Shown: piece after piece, positions 1 to 12,696 of the stretch
Position numbering within the stretch: the stretch's first letter is position 1
Layout of the letters: each line of letters starts with the position of its first letter
Source of the DNA: Eukaryota sp. TZLM1-RC
Lineage: Eukaryota > Protista > Metamonada: BaSk clade
Direction of reading: 5' to 3'
NCBI GenBank assembly: GCA_040285825.1
Contig: JAUPSS010000004.1
Coordinates: 1,525,801-1,589,800, forward strand
DNA length: 64,000 nucleotides
Position numbers and translations under genes: made by a program
Notes under the pieces: generated by a model
Told to the model about the DNA's origin: nothing
Databases searched by the model: none
Seen by the model: the letters and a program-made list of their open reading frames with translations, nothing else

Positions 1-3000
1 TAAAGTCCATTTTGGGACAATTAATATAACAATTGTGGTGTTAAAGTCCGTGCTATGGTCATTTGATTAGTCATTGGTATGATTGGTTGAATGGTCATTG
101 GTATGATTAGATGAGTTGCATGTAGTCTTTATGTACTAGATGTGATCAACTTGTGATCAAACTTTGTGTGAAATTGTGTGTTAGTAATGTTGGCTATGTG
201 TTACTTGATCAGTACAAACTCATGATTACATTTTCAAATGATTTTGTATATATTTGAATTAATTGAGTGTATTAATTTTTAAACATTAAATTGTAAAAAG
301 TAAAATCAAAAGTATACAATTGAATGTTGTAAACTAATAAAACAATTGCTGTAAGTGTAAGAGTATCGTTTTGATACGATTTACTGAGGCTCATATGAAG
401 TTCCTAGTTTCGTATATTGACCAATGGTTGTTTATTACAATCATTGGTCAAATCTTTAAAGTCCATTTTGGGACAATTAATATAACAATTGTGGTGTTAA
501 AGTCCGTGCTATGGTCATTTGAGTAGTCATTGGTTTGATTGGTTGAATGGTCATTGGTATGATTAGATGAGTTGCATGTAGTCTTTATGTACTAGATGTG
601 ATCAACTTGTGATCAAACTTTGTGTGAAATTGTGTGTTAGTAATGTTGGCTATGTGTTACTTGATCAGTACAAACTCATGATTACATTTTCAAATGATTT
701 TGTATATATTTGAATTAATTGAGTGTATTAATTTTTAAACATTAAATTGTAAAAAAGTAAAAATCAAAAGTATACAATTGAATGTTGTAAACTAATAAAA
801 CAATTGCTGTAAGTGTAAGAGTATCGTTTTGATACGATTTACTGAGGCTCATATGAAGTTCCTAGTTTCGTATATTGACCAATGGTTGTTTATTACAATC
901 ATTGGTCAAATCTTAAAGTCCATTTTGGGACAATTAATATAACAATTGTGGTGTTAAAGTCCGTGCTATGGTCATTTGAGTAGTCATTGGTTTGATTGGT
1001 TGAATGGTCATTGGTATGATTTAGATGAGTTGCATGTAGTCTTTATGTACTAGATGTGATCAACTTGTGATCAAACTTTGTGTGAAATTGTGTGTTAGTA
1101 ATGTTGGCTATGTGTTACTTGATCAGTACAAACTCATGATTACATTTTCAAATGATTTTGTATATATTTGAATTAATTGAGTGTATTAATTTTTAAACAT
1201 TAAATTGTAAAAAAGTAAAAATCAAAAGTATACAATTGAATGTTGTAAACTAATAAAACAATTGCTGTAAGTGTAAGAGTATCGTTTTGATACGATTTAC
1301 TGAGGCTCATATGAAGTTCCTAGTTTCGTATATTGACCAATGGTTGTTTATTACAATCATTGGTCAAATCTTTAAAGTCCATTTTGGGACAATTAATATA
1401 ACAATTGTGGTGTTAAAGTCCGTGCTATGGTCATTTGAGTAGTCATTGGTTTGATTGGTTGAATGGTCATTGGTGTGATTTAGATGAGTTGCATGTAGTC
1501 TTTATGTACTAGATGTGATCAACTTGTGATCAAACTTTGTGTGAAATTGTGTGTTAGTAATGTTGGCTATGTGTTACTTGATCAGTACAAACTCATGATT
1601 ACATTTTCAAATGATTTTGTATATATTTGAATTAATTGAGTGTATTAATTTTTAAACATTAAATTGTAAAAAAGTAAAAAATCAAAAGTATACAATTGAA
1701 TGTTGTAAACTAATAAAACAATTGCTGTAAGTGTAAGAGTATCGTTTTGATACGATTTACTGAGGCTCATATGAAGTTCCTAGTTTCGTATATTGACCAA
1801 TGGTTGTTTATTACAATCATTGGTCAAATCTTTAAAGTCCATTTTGGGACAATTAATATAACAATTGTGGTGTTAAAGTCCGTGCTATGGTCATTTGAGT
1901 AGTCATTGGTTTGATTGGTTGAATGGTCATTGGTGTGATTTAGTGAGTTGCATGTAGTCTTTATGTACTAGATGTGATCAACTTGTGATCAAACTTTGTG
2001 TGAAATTGTGTGTGAGTAATGTTGGCTATGTGTTACTTGATCAGTACAAACTCATGATTACATTTTCAAATGATTTTGTATATATTTGAATTAATTGAGT
2101 GTATTAATTTTTAAACATTAAATTGTAAAAAAGTAAAAATCAAAAGTATACAATTGAATGTTGTAAACTAATAAAACAATTGCTGTAAGTGTAAGAGTAT
2201 CGTTTTGATACGATTTACTGAGGCTCATATGAAGTTCCTAGTTTCGTATATTGACCAATGGTTGTTTATTACAATCATTGGTCAAATCTTTAAAGTCCAT
2301 TTTGGGACAATTAATATAACAATTGTGGTGTTAAAGTCCGTGCTATGGTCATTTGAGTAGTCATTGGTTTGATTGGTTGAATGGTCATTGGTGTGATTTA
2401 GATGAGTTGCATGTAGTCTTTATGTACTAGATGTGATCAACTTGTGATCAAACTTTGTGTGAAATTGTGTGTTAGTAATGTTGGCTATGTGTTACTTGAT
2501 CAGTACAAACTCATGATTACATTTTCAAATGATTTTTGTATATATTTGAATTAATTGAGTGTATTAATTTTTAAACATTAAATTGTAAAAAAGTAAAAAT
2601 CAAAAGTATACAATTGAATGTTGTAAACTAATAAAACAATTGCTGTAAGTGTAAGAGTATCGTTTTTGATACGATTTACTGAGGCTCATATGAAGTTCCT
2701 AGTTTCGTATATTGACCAATGGTTGTTTATTACAATCATTGGTCAAATCTTTAAAGTCCATTTTGGGACAATTAATATAACAATTGTGGTGTTAAAGTCC
2801 GTGCTATGGTCATTTGAGTAGTCATTGGTTTGATTGGTTGAATGGTCATTGGTGTGATTTGGTGAGTTGCATGTAGTCTTTATGTACTAGATGTGATCAA
2901 CTTGTGATCAAACTTTGTGTGAAATTGTGTGTGAGTAATGTTGGCTATGTGTTACTTGATCAGTACAAACTCATGATTACATTTTCAAATGATTTTGTAT

Positions 3001-5694
3001 ATATTTGAATTAATTGAGTGTATTAATTTTTAAACATTAAATTGTAAAAAGTAAAAATCAAAAGTATACAATTGAATGTTGTAAACTAATAAAACAATTG
3101 CTGTAAGTGTAAGAGTATCGTTTTGATACGATTTACTGAGGCTCATATGAAGTTCCTAGTTTCGTATATTGACCAATGGTTGTTTATTACAATCATTGGT
3201 CAAATCTTTAAAGTCCATTTTGGGACAATTAATATAACAATTGTGGTGTTAAAGTCCGTGCTATGGTCATTTGAGTAGTCATTGGTTTGATTGGTTGAAT
3301 GGTCATTGGTGTGATTAGATGAGTTGCATGTAGTCCTTATGTACTAGATGTGATCAACTTGTGATCAAACTTTGTGTGAAATTGTGTGTGAGTAATGTTG
3401 GCTATGTGTTACTTGATCAGTACAAACTCATGATTACATTTTCAAATGATTTTGTATATATTTGAATTAATTGAGTGTATTAATTTTTAAACATTAAATT
3501 GTAAAAAAGTAAAAATCAAAAGTATACAATTGAATGTTGTAAACTAATAAAACAATTGCTGTAAGTGTAAGAGTATCGTTTTGATACGATTTACTGAGGC
3601 TCATATGAAGTTCCTAGTTTCGTATATTGACCAATGGTTGTTTATTACAATCATTGGTCAAATCTTTAAAGTCCATTTTGGGACAATTAATATAACAATT
3701 GTGGTGTTAAAGTCCGTGCTATGGTCATTTGAGTAGTCATTGGTTTGATTGGTTGAATGGTCATTGGTGTGATTTAGATGAGTTGCATGTAGTCTTTATG
3801 TACTAGATGTGATCAACTTGTGATCAAACTTTGTGTGAAATTGTGTGTTAGTAATGTTGGCTATGTGTTACTTGATCAGTACAAACTCATGATTACATTT
3901 TCAAATGATTTTGTATATATTTGAATTAATTGAGTGTATTAATTTTTAAACATTAAATTGTAAAAAAGTAAAAATCAAAAGTATACAATTGAATGTTGTA
4001 AACTAATAAAACAATTGCTGTAAGTGTAAGAGTATCGTTTTTGATACGATTTACTGAGGCTCATATGAAGTTCCTAGTTTCGTATATTGACCAATGGTTG
4101 TTTATTACAATCATTGGTCAAATCTTAAAGTCCATTTTGGGACAATTAATATAACAATTGTGGTGTTAAAGTCCGTGCTATGGTCATTTGAGTAGTCATT
4201 GGTTTGATTGGTTGAATGGTCATTGGTATGATTAGATGAGTTGCATGTAGTCTTTATGTACTAGATGTGATCAACTTGTGATCAAACTTTGTGTGAAATT
4301 GTGTGTGAGTAATGTTGGCTATGTGTTACTTGATCAGTACAAACTCATGATTACATTTTCAAATGATTTTGTATATATTTGAATTAATTGAGTGTATTAA
4401 TTTTTAAACATTAAATTGTAAAAAAAGTAAAAAATCAAAAGTATACAATTGAATGTTGTAAACTAATAAAACAATTGCTGTAAGTGTAAGAGTATCGTTT
4501 TGATACGATTTACTGAGGCTCATATGAAGTTCCTAGTTTCGTATATTGACCAATGGTTGTTTATTACAATCATTGGTCAAATCTTTAAAAGTCCATTTTG
4601 GGACAATTAATATAACAATTGTGGTGTTAAAGTCCGTGCTATGGTCATTTGATTAGTCATTGGTATGATTGGTTGAATGGTCATTGGTATGATTAGATGA
4701 GTTGCATGTAGTCTTTATGTACTAGATGTGATCAACTTGTGATCAAACTTTGTGTGAAATTGTGTGTTAGTAATGTTGGCTATGTGTTACTTGATCAGTA
4801 CAAACTCATGATTACATTTTCAAATGATTTTGTATATATTTGAATTAATTGAGTGTATTAATTTTTAAACATTAAATTGTAAAAAAGTAAAAAATCAAAA
4901 GTATACAATTGAATGTTGTAAACTAATAAAACAATTGCTGTAAGTGTAAGAGTATCGTTTTGATACGATTTACTGAGGCTCATATGAAGTTCCTAGTTTC
5001 GTATATTGACCAATGGTTGTTTATTACAATCATTGGTCAAATCTTTAAAGTCCATTTTGGGACAATTAATATAACAATTGTGGTGTTAAAGTCCGTGCTA
5101 TGGTCATTTGATTAGTCATTGGTATGATTGGTTGAATGGTCATTGGTATGATTAGATGAGTTGCATGTAGTCTTTATGTACTAGATGTGATCAACTTGTG
5201 ATCAAACTTTGTGTGAAATTGTGTGTGAGTAATGTTGGCTATGTGTTACTTGATCAGTACAAACTCATGATTACATTTTCAAATGATTTTGTATATATTT
5301 GAATTAATTGAGTGTATTAATTTTTAAACATTAAATTGTAAAAAAGTAAAAAATCAAAAGTATACAATTGAATGTTGTAAACTAATAAAACAATTGCTGT
5401 AAGTGTAAGAGTATCGTTTTGATACGATTTACTGAGGCTCATATGAAGTTCCTAGTTTCGTATATTGACCAATGGTTGTTTATTACAATCATTGGTCAAA
5501 TCTTTAAAGTCCATTTTGGGACAATTAATATAACAATTGTGGTGTTAAAGTCCGTGCTATGGTCATTTGAGTAGTCATTGGTTTGATTGGTTGAATGGTC
5601 ATTGGTGTGATTTGGTGAGTTGCATGTAGTCTTTATGTACTAGATGTGATCAACTTGTGATCAAACTTTGTGTGAAATTGTGTGAGTAATGTTG
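1..5694 (+). repeat. Tandem array of ~459-bp 'A' units (28S 3'-terminal ~70 nt + 3'-ETS), ~12.4 copies, open at the window start
   Basis: Unit start ATTGCTGTAAGTGTAAGAGTATCG recurs at 345, 803, 1261, 1721, 2179, 2639, 3097, 3555, 4014, 4474, 4934 and 5393. The unit matches 18684-19117, which overlaps the 28S 3' end. Confidence 0.97.
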
Positions 5695-8600
5695 TAATAC
5701 ATTGTTGCATGAACTTTTACATTGATAAAGAAAATTATTTTACTTTTGTTATTTGACAGAAACAAAAAAATAAATTCCAAAAAATTTACAGTTTCACTTT
5801 CATTTTGAATGTATTCTAGAAACAGATATCGTTTGTTTGATTTGAATCAAAAGGTGATCGTTTGTATATGGCAACGGTAACGCTATTTTCTGCACGATTA
5901 TCATTCTTTGATTAGGTCAGTATCTTTTCAAAATTTAAGAGCTTTATACATCATTAAAACCAATGTTCATGTCATTCATTTGATTTGAATTCCTTTGTTG
6001 ATAATCTTTTACAACATTTGCGACAATTTATACATGGTTATCTTGCCTTTGAAAAATGGAAACGAATGGCGCATTTTACAAGAGAAGTTTTCAAGTTTAT
6101 AAATACAGCATGTGTTCTTGATCACATTTTGGTGTAAAAAACATTGTTGCGTGAACTTTTACATTGATAAAGAAGTTTTTCTTTTTTATTAAACATAAAT
6201 AAAAAATAAGTTTAAAATTTCATAAATTCAACAAACACTTTTATTGCAAAATCAGTACACGAAACTAGATGCTCTATTGATCAAAAATACTGCACCAAAA
6301 AGCTAAAACAATTTGGCATAGTTTTCATTTGAAATCCCCATTTCTTATATGACAAAAAGACTCCACACTTGACAATAAATCTTTGAATTGTAATATCCAT
6401 ATGAGTGTTTCAAACGCTGTTGAATGTTATTGTGTTTTCACACTTTCTGTGAAAACATGCTTATGCACAAGTGATACAAGGCAGGTTTGATACATGAAGA
6501 AATGATTTATGTATTCTGTTTCAATGGCAATCTTGAAAACAATAGTGTTGGCAGAAAAGATGATGTATGTACTGAAAAGAATACTGTCCAGGAAAACTTT
6601 ATTACGATAGAGTCTTCATCAAGAAGAAAGTACAACGGTGAAGACATCAAGCCAATCCATGAACAATTGAGATCAAAAGAGTGATTGAGTCAAACGAAAC
6701 ACTTACAATAACCGATAGGTACAAGATTTACGGAATAGAAATCCAAAATGCGCTAGGCAAGGCTGCTGCACTGATGGCAATTGTGATGTCTACCCTTCTG
6801 CCCCGAAGAATCATGGCACTAAGAGTATAATGTGTTTGAAGTTACAGACGCATCCCAAAGTCGGAGTACGGAAATGAAAAAAACCGCAGAAGGTTGCTCA
6901 GGTTGGAGGTTTCAAACTTCAGATTTTCCAATTTTGACATTGGAATTTTACCAACCCTTAATGCAATTAATTTTGGTTTTGCTTTCCTGTTTTCTGCATG
7001 TGTTCGTATATGGCAACGGTTACGCTAACTTCTGTACGATTATCATTCTTTTGATTAGATTAGTATTTCTTTCAAAATTTTGAGCTTTATACATCATTAA
7101 AACCAATGTTCATGTCATTCATTTGATTTGAATTCCTTTGTTGATAATCTTTTACAACATTTGCGACAATTTATACATGGTTATCTTGCCTTTGAAAAAT
7201 GGAAACGAATGGCGCATTTTACAAGAGAAGTTTTCAAGTTTATAAATACAGCATGTGTTCTTGATCACATTTTGGTGTAAAAAACATTGTTGCGTGAACT
7301 TTTACATTGATAAAGAAGTTTTTCTTTTTTTATTAAACATAAATAAAAAATAAGTTTAAAATTTCATAAATTCAACAAACACTTTTATTGCAAAATCAGT
7401 ACACGAAACTAGATGCTCTATTGATCAAAAATACTGCACCAAAAAGCTAAAACAATTTGTCATAGTTTTCATTTGAAATCCCCATTTCTTATATGACAAA
7501 AAGACTCCACACTTGACAATAAATCTTTGAATTGTAATATCCATATGAGTGTTTCAAACGCTGTTGAATGTTATTGTGTTTTCACACTTTCTGTGAAAAC
7601 ATGCTTATGCACAAGTGATACAAGGCAGGTTTGATACATGAAGAAATGATTTATGTATTCTGTTTCAATGGCAATCTTGAAAACAATAGTGTTGGCAGAA
7701 AAGATGATGTATGTACTGAAAAGAATACTGTCCAGGAAAACTTTATTATGATAGAGTCTTCATCAAAAGAAAGTACAACGGTGAAGACATCAAGCCAATC
7801 CATGAACAATTGAGATCAAAAGAGTGATTGAGTCAAACGAAACACTTACAATAACCGATAGGTACAAAGATTTACGGAATAGAAATCCAAAATGCGCTAG
7901 GCAAGGCTGCTGCACTGATGGCAATCGTGATGCCTACCCTTCTGCCCCAAGAATCATGGCACTAAGAGTATAATGTGTTTGAAGTTACAGACGCATCCCA
8001 AAGTCGGAGTACGGAAATGAAAAAACCGCAGAAGGTTGCTCAGGTTGGAAGATCAGATTTTGGGTCTGGTTTCAAACTTCAGATTTTCCAATTTTGACAT
8101 TGGAATTTTACCAACCATAATGCAATTAATTTTGGTTTTGCTTTCCTGTTTTCTGCATGTGTTCGTATATGGCAACGGTAACGCTAATTTCTGTACGATT
8201 ATCATTCTTTTGATTAGATTAGTATTTCTTTCAAAATTTTGAGCTTTATGCATCATTGAAACCAATGTTCATGTCATTGATCTGATTTAAATTCTTTGTT
8301 GATAATCCTTTTGCAACTGTTGCGACAATTTATACATGGTTATCTTGCCTTTAAAAAAATCGAAACGAATGGCGCAATTTACAGGAGAAGTTTTCAATTT
8401 ATGAATAGCACCACTGGTTTTGATCACATTTTGGTGTAAAAAACATTGTTGCGTGAACTTTTACATTGATAAAGAAAATTATTTTACTTTTGTTATTTGA
8501 CAGAAACAAAAAATAAATTCCAAAAATTTACAGTTTCACTTTCATTTTGAATGTATTCTAGAAACAGATATCATTTGTTTGACTTGAATCAAAAGGTGAT

Positions 8601-11600
8601 CGTTTGTATATGGCAACGGTAACGCTATTTTCTGCACGATTATCATTCTTTTGATTAGGTCAGTATCTTTTCAAAATTTATGAGCTTTATACATCATTAA
8701 AACCAATGTTCATGTCATTCATTTGATTTGAATTCCTTTGTTGATAATCTTTTACAACATTTGCGACAATTTATACATGGTTATCTTGCCTTTGAAAAAT
8801 GGAAACGAATGGCGCATTTTACATGAGAAGTTTTCAAGTTTATAAATACAGCATGTGTTCTTGATCACATTTTGGTGTAGAAAAACATTGTTGCGTGAAC
8901 TTTTACATTGATAAAGAAAATTATTTTACTTTTGTTATTTGACAGAAACAAAAAATAAATTCCAAAAAATTTACAGTTTCACTTTCATTTTGAATGTATT
9001 CTAGAAACAGATATCGTTTGTTTGATTTGAATCAAAAGGTGATCGTTTGTATATGGCAACGGTAACGCTATTTTCTGCACGATTATCATTCTTTGATTAG
9101 GTCAGTATCTTTTCAAAATTTATGAGCTTTATACATCATTAAAACCAATGTTCATGTCATTCATTTGATTTGAATTCCTTTGTTGATAATCTTTTTACAA
9201 CATTTGCGACAATTTATACATGGTTATCTTGCCTTTGAAAAAATGGAAACGAATGGCGCATTTTACAAGAGAAGTTTTCAAGTTTATAAATACAGCATGT
9301 GTTCTTGATCACATTTTGGTGTAAAAAACATTGTTGCGTGAACTTTTACATTGATAAAGAAAATTATTTTACTTTTGTTATTTGACAGAAACAAAAAATA
9401 AATTCCAAAAATTTACAATTTCACTTTCATTTTGAATGTATTCTAGAAACAGATATCGTTTGTTTGATTTGAATCAAAAGGTGATCGTTTGTATATGGCA
9501 ACGGTAACGCTATTTTCTGCACGATTATCATTCTTTTGATTAGGTCAGTATCTTTTCAAAATTTAAGAGCTTTATACATCATTAAAACCAATGTTCATGT
9601 CATTCATTTGATTTGAATTCCTTTGTTGATAATCTTTTACAACATTTGCGACAATTTATACATGGTTATCTTGCCTTTGAAAAATGGAAACGAATGGCGC
9701 ATTTTACAAGAGAAGTTTTCAAGTTTATAAATACAGCATGTGTTCTTGATCACATTTTTGGTGTAGAAAACATTGTTGCATGAACTTTACATTGATAAAG
9801 AAAATTATTTTACTTTTGTTATTTCACGAAACAAAAATAAATTCAAAAATTTACAATTTCACTTTCATTTTGAATGTATTCTAGAAACAGATATCGTTTG
9901 TTTGATTTGAATCAAAGGTGATCGTTTGTATATGGCAACGGTAACGCTATTTTCTGCACGATTATCATTCTTTTGATTAGGTCAGTATCTTTTCAAAATT
10001 TAAGAGCTTTATACATCATTAAAACCAATGTTCATGTCATTCATTTGATTTGAATTCCTTTGTTGATAATCTTTTACAACATTTGCGACAATTTATACAT
10101 GGTTATCTTGCCTTTGAAAAATGGAAACGAATGGCGCATTTTACAAGAGAAGTTTTCAAGTTTATAAATACAACATGTGTTCTTGATCACATTTTTGGTG
10201 TAAAAAAACATTGTTGCGTGAACTTTTACATTGATAAAGAAGTTTTTCTTTTTTATTAAACATAAATAAAAAATAAGTTTAAAATTTCATAAATTCAACA
10301 AACACTTTTATTGCAAAATCAGTACACGAAACTAGATGCTCTATTGATCAAAAATACTGCACCAAAAAGCTAAAACAATTTGTCATAGTTTTCATTTGAA
10401 ATCCCCATTTCTTATATGACAAAAAAGACTCCACACTTGACAATAAATCTTTGAATTGTAATATCCATATGAGTGTTTCAAACGCTGTTGAATGTTATTG
10501 TGTTTTCACACTTTCTGTGAAAACATGCTTATGCACAAGTGATACAAGGCAGGTTTGATACATGAAGAAATGATTTATGTATTCTGTTTCAATGGCAATC
10601 TTGAAAACAATAGTGTTGGCAGAAAAGATGATGTATGTACTGAAAAGAATACTGTCCAGGAAAACTTTATTATGATAGAGTCTTCATCAAAGAAAGTACA
10701 ACGGTGAAGACATCAAGCCAATCCATGAACAATTGAGATCAAAAGAGTGATTGAGTCAAACGAAACACTTACAATAACCGATAGGTACAAGATTTACGGA
10801 ATAGAAAGCCAAAATGCGCTAGGCAAGGCTGCTGCACTGATGGCAATTGTGATGTCTACCCTTCTGCCCCCAAGAATCATGGCACTAAGAGTATAATGTG
10901 TTTGAAGTTACAGACGCATCCCAAAGTCGGAGTACGGAAATGAGAAAAACCGCAGAAGGTTGCTCAGGTTGGAAGATCAGATTTTGGGTCTGGTTTCAAA
11001 CTTCAGATTTTCCAATTTTGACATTGGAATTTTACCAACCCATCATCCAATAGATTTTGGTTCTGTTGATTTGTTTTCTGCATGTGTTTGTATATGGCAA
11101 CGGTAACGCTAATTTCTGTACGATTATCATTCTTTTGATTAGATTAGTATTTCTTTCAAAATTTTGAGCTTTATGCATCATTGAAACCAATGTTCATGTC
11201 ATTGATCTGATTTAAATTCTTTTGTTGATAATCCTTTTGCAATTGTTGTGACAATTTATACATGGTTATCTTGCCTTTAAAAAAATCGAAACGAATGGCG
11301 CAATTTACAGGAGAAGTTTTCAATTTATGAATAGCACCACTGGTTTTTGATCACATTTTTGGTGTAAAAAAACATTGTTGCGTGAACTTTTACATTGATA
11401 AAGAAAATTATTTTACTTTTGTTATTTGACAGAAACAAAAAATAAATTCCAAAAAATTTACAGTTTCACTTTCATTTTGAATGTATTCTAGAAACAGATA
11501 TCGTTTGTTTGATTTGAATCAAAAGGTGATCGTTTGTATATGGCAACGGTAACGCTATTTTCTGCACGATTATCATTCTTTTGATTAGGTCAGTATCTTT

Positions 11601-12696
11601 TCAAAATTTATGAGCTTTATACATCATTAAAACCAATGTTCATGTCATTCATTTGATTTGAATTCCTTTGTTGATAATCTTTTTACAACATTTGCGACAA
11701 TTTATACATGGTTATTTTGCCTTTGAAAAATGGAAACGAATGGCGCATTTTACAAGAGAAGTTTTCAAGTTTATAAATACAGCATGTGTTCTTGATCACA
11801 TTTTTGGTGTAAAAAACATTGTTGCGTGAACTTTTACATTGATAAAGAAATTTTTCTTTTTTTTATTAAACATAAATAAAAAATAAGTTTAAAATTTCAT
11901 AAATTCAACAAACACTTTTATTGCAAAATCAGTACACAAAACTAGATGCTCTATTGATCAAAAATACTGCACCAAAAAAAGCTAAAACAATTTGTCATAG
12001 TTTTCATTTGAAATCCCCATTTCTTATATGACAAAAAGACTCCACACTTGACAATAAATCTTTGAATTGTAATATCCATATGAGTGTTTCAAACGCTGTT
12101 GAATGTTATTGTGTTTTCACACTTTCTGTGAAAACATGCTTATGCACAAGTGATACAAGGCAGGTTTGATACATGAAGAAATGATTTATGTATTCTGTTT
12201 CAATGGCAATCTTGAAAACAATAGTGTTGGCAGAAAAGATGATGTATGTACTGAAAAGAATACTGTCCAGGAAAACTTTATTATGATAGAGTCTTCATCA
12301 AGAAGAAAGTACAACGGTGAAGACATCAAGCCAATCCATGAACAATTGAGATCAAAACAGTGATTGAGTCAAACGAAACACTTACAATAACCGATAGGTA
12401 CAAGATTTACGGAATAGAAAGCCAAAATGCGCTAGGCAAGGCTGCTGCACTGATGGCAATTGTGATGTCTACCCTTCTGCCCCCAAGAATCATGGCACTA
12501 AGAGTATAATGTGTTTGAAGTTACAGACGCATCCCAAAGTCGGAGTACGGAAATGAGAAAAACCGCAGAAGGTTGCTCAGGTTGGAAGATCAGATTTTGG
12601 GTCTGGTTTCAAACTTCAGATTTTCCAATTTTGACATTGGAATTTTACCAACCCATCATCCAATTGATTTTGGTTCTGTTGATTTGTTTTTGTATA
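5695..12696 (+). repeat. IGS subrepeat region 1: S (~310 bp), L (~130 bp) and C (~850 bp) modules, 4 C copies
   Basis: Example modules: L 5733-5863, S 5864-6174, C 6175-7005. The C marker TTGATACATGAAGAAATG occurs at 6487, 7631, 10555 and 12166. Confidence 0.95.

Noticed and set aside
6066-6135. U5-like loop (GCATTTTAC) plus Sm-like site (ATTTTTGG) in S, suggesting an snRNA or SL RNA array
   Set aside because: Mismatch to the invariant GCCTTTTAC, no closing stem, and the alpha subtype changes the motif. An Rfam cmscan would settle it.
5864-6174. Cys-rich translations of S (minus strand CINCRKCCKRLSTKEF; plus strand MAHFTREVFK...) as a zinc finger or nuclease
   Set aside because: Short, interrupted by stops, and the frame shifts between copies. 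Cys codons are expected in TG/AT-rich DNA.
6487-7083. Repeated MIHEEM... and MFEVTD... ORFs as genes, or as one gene with all three stop codons reassigned
   Set aside because: Starts are TTG/GTG. Joining the ORFs needs readthrough of seven mixed TGA/TAA/TAG codons and gives an implausible Trp-rich peptide. SNPs are non-synonymous. Kept only as a possible relic.
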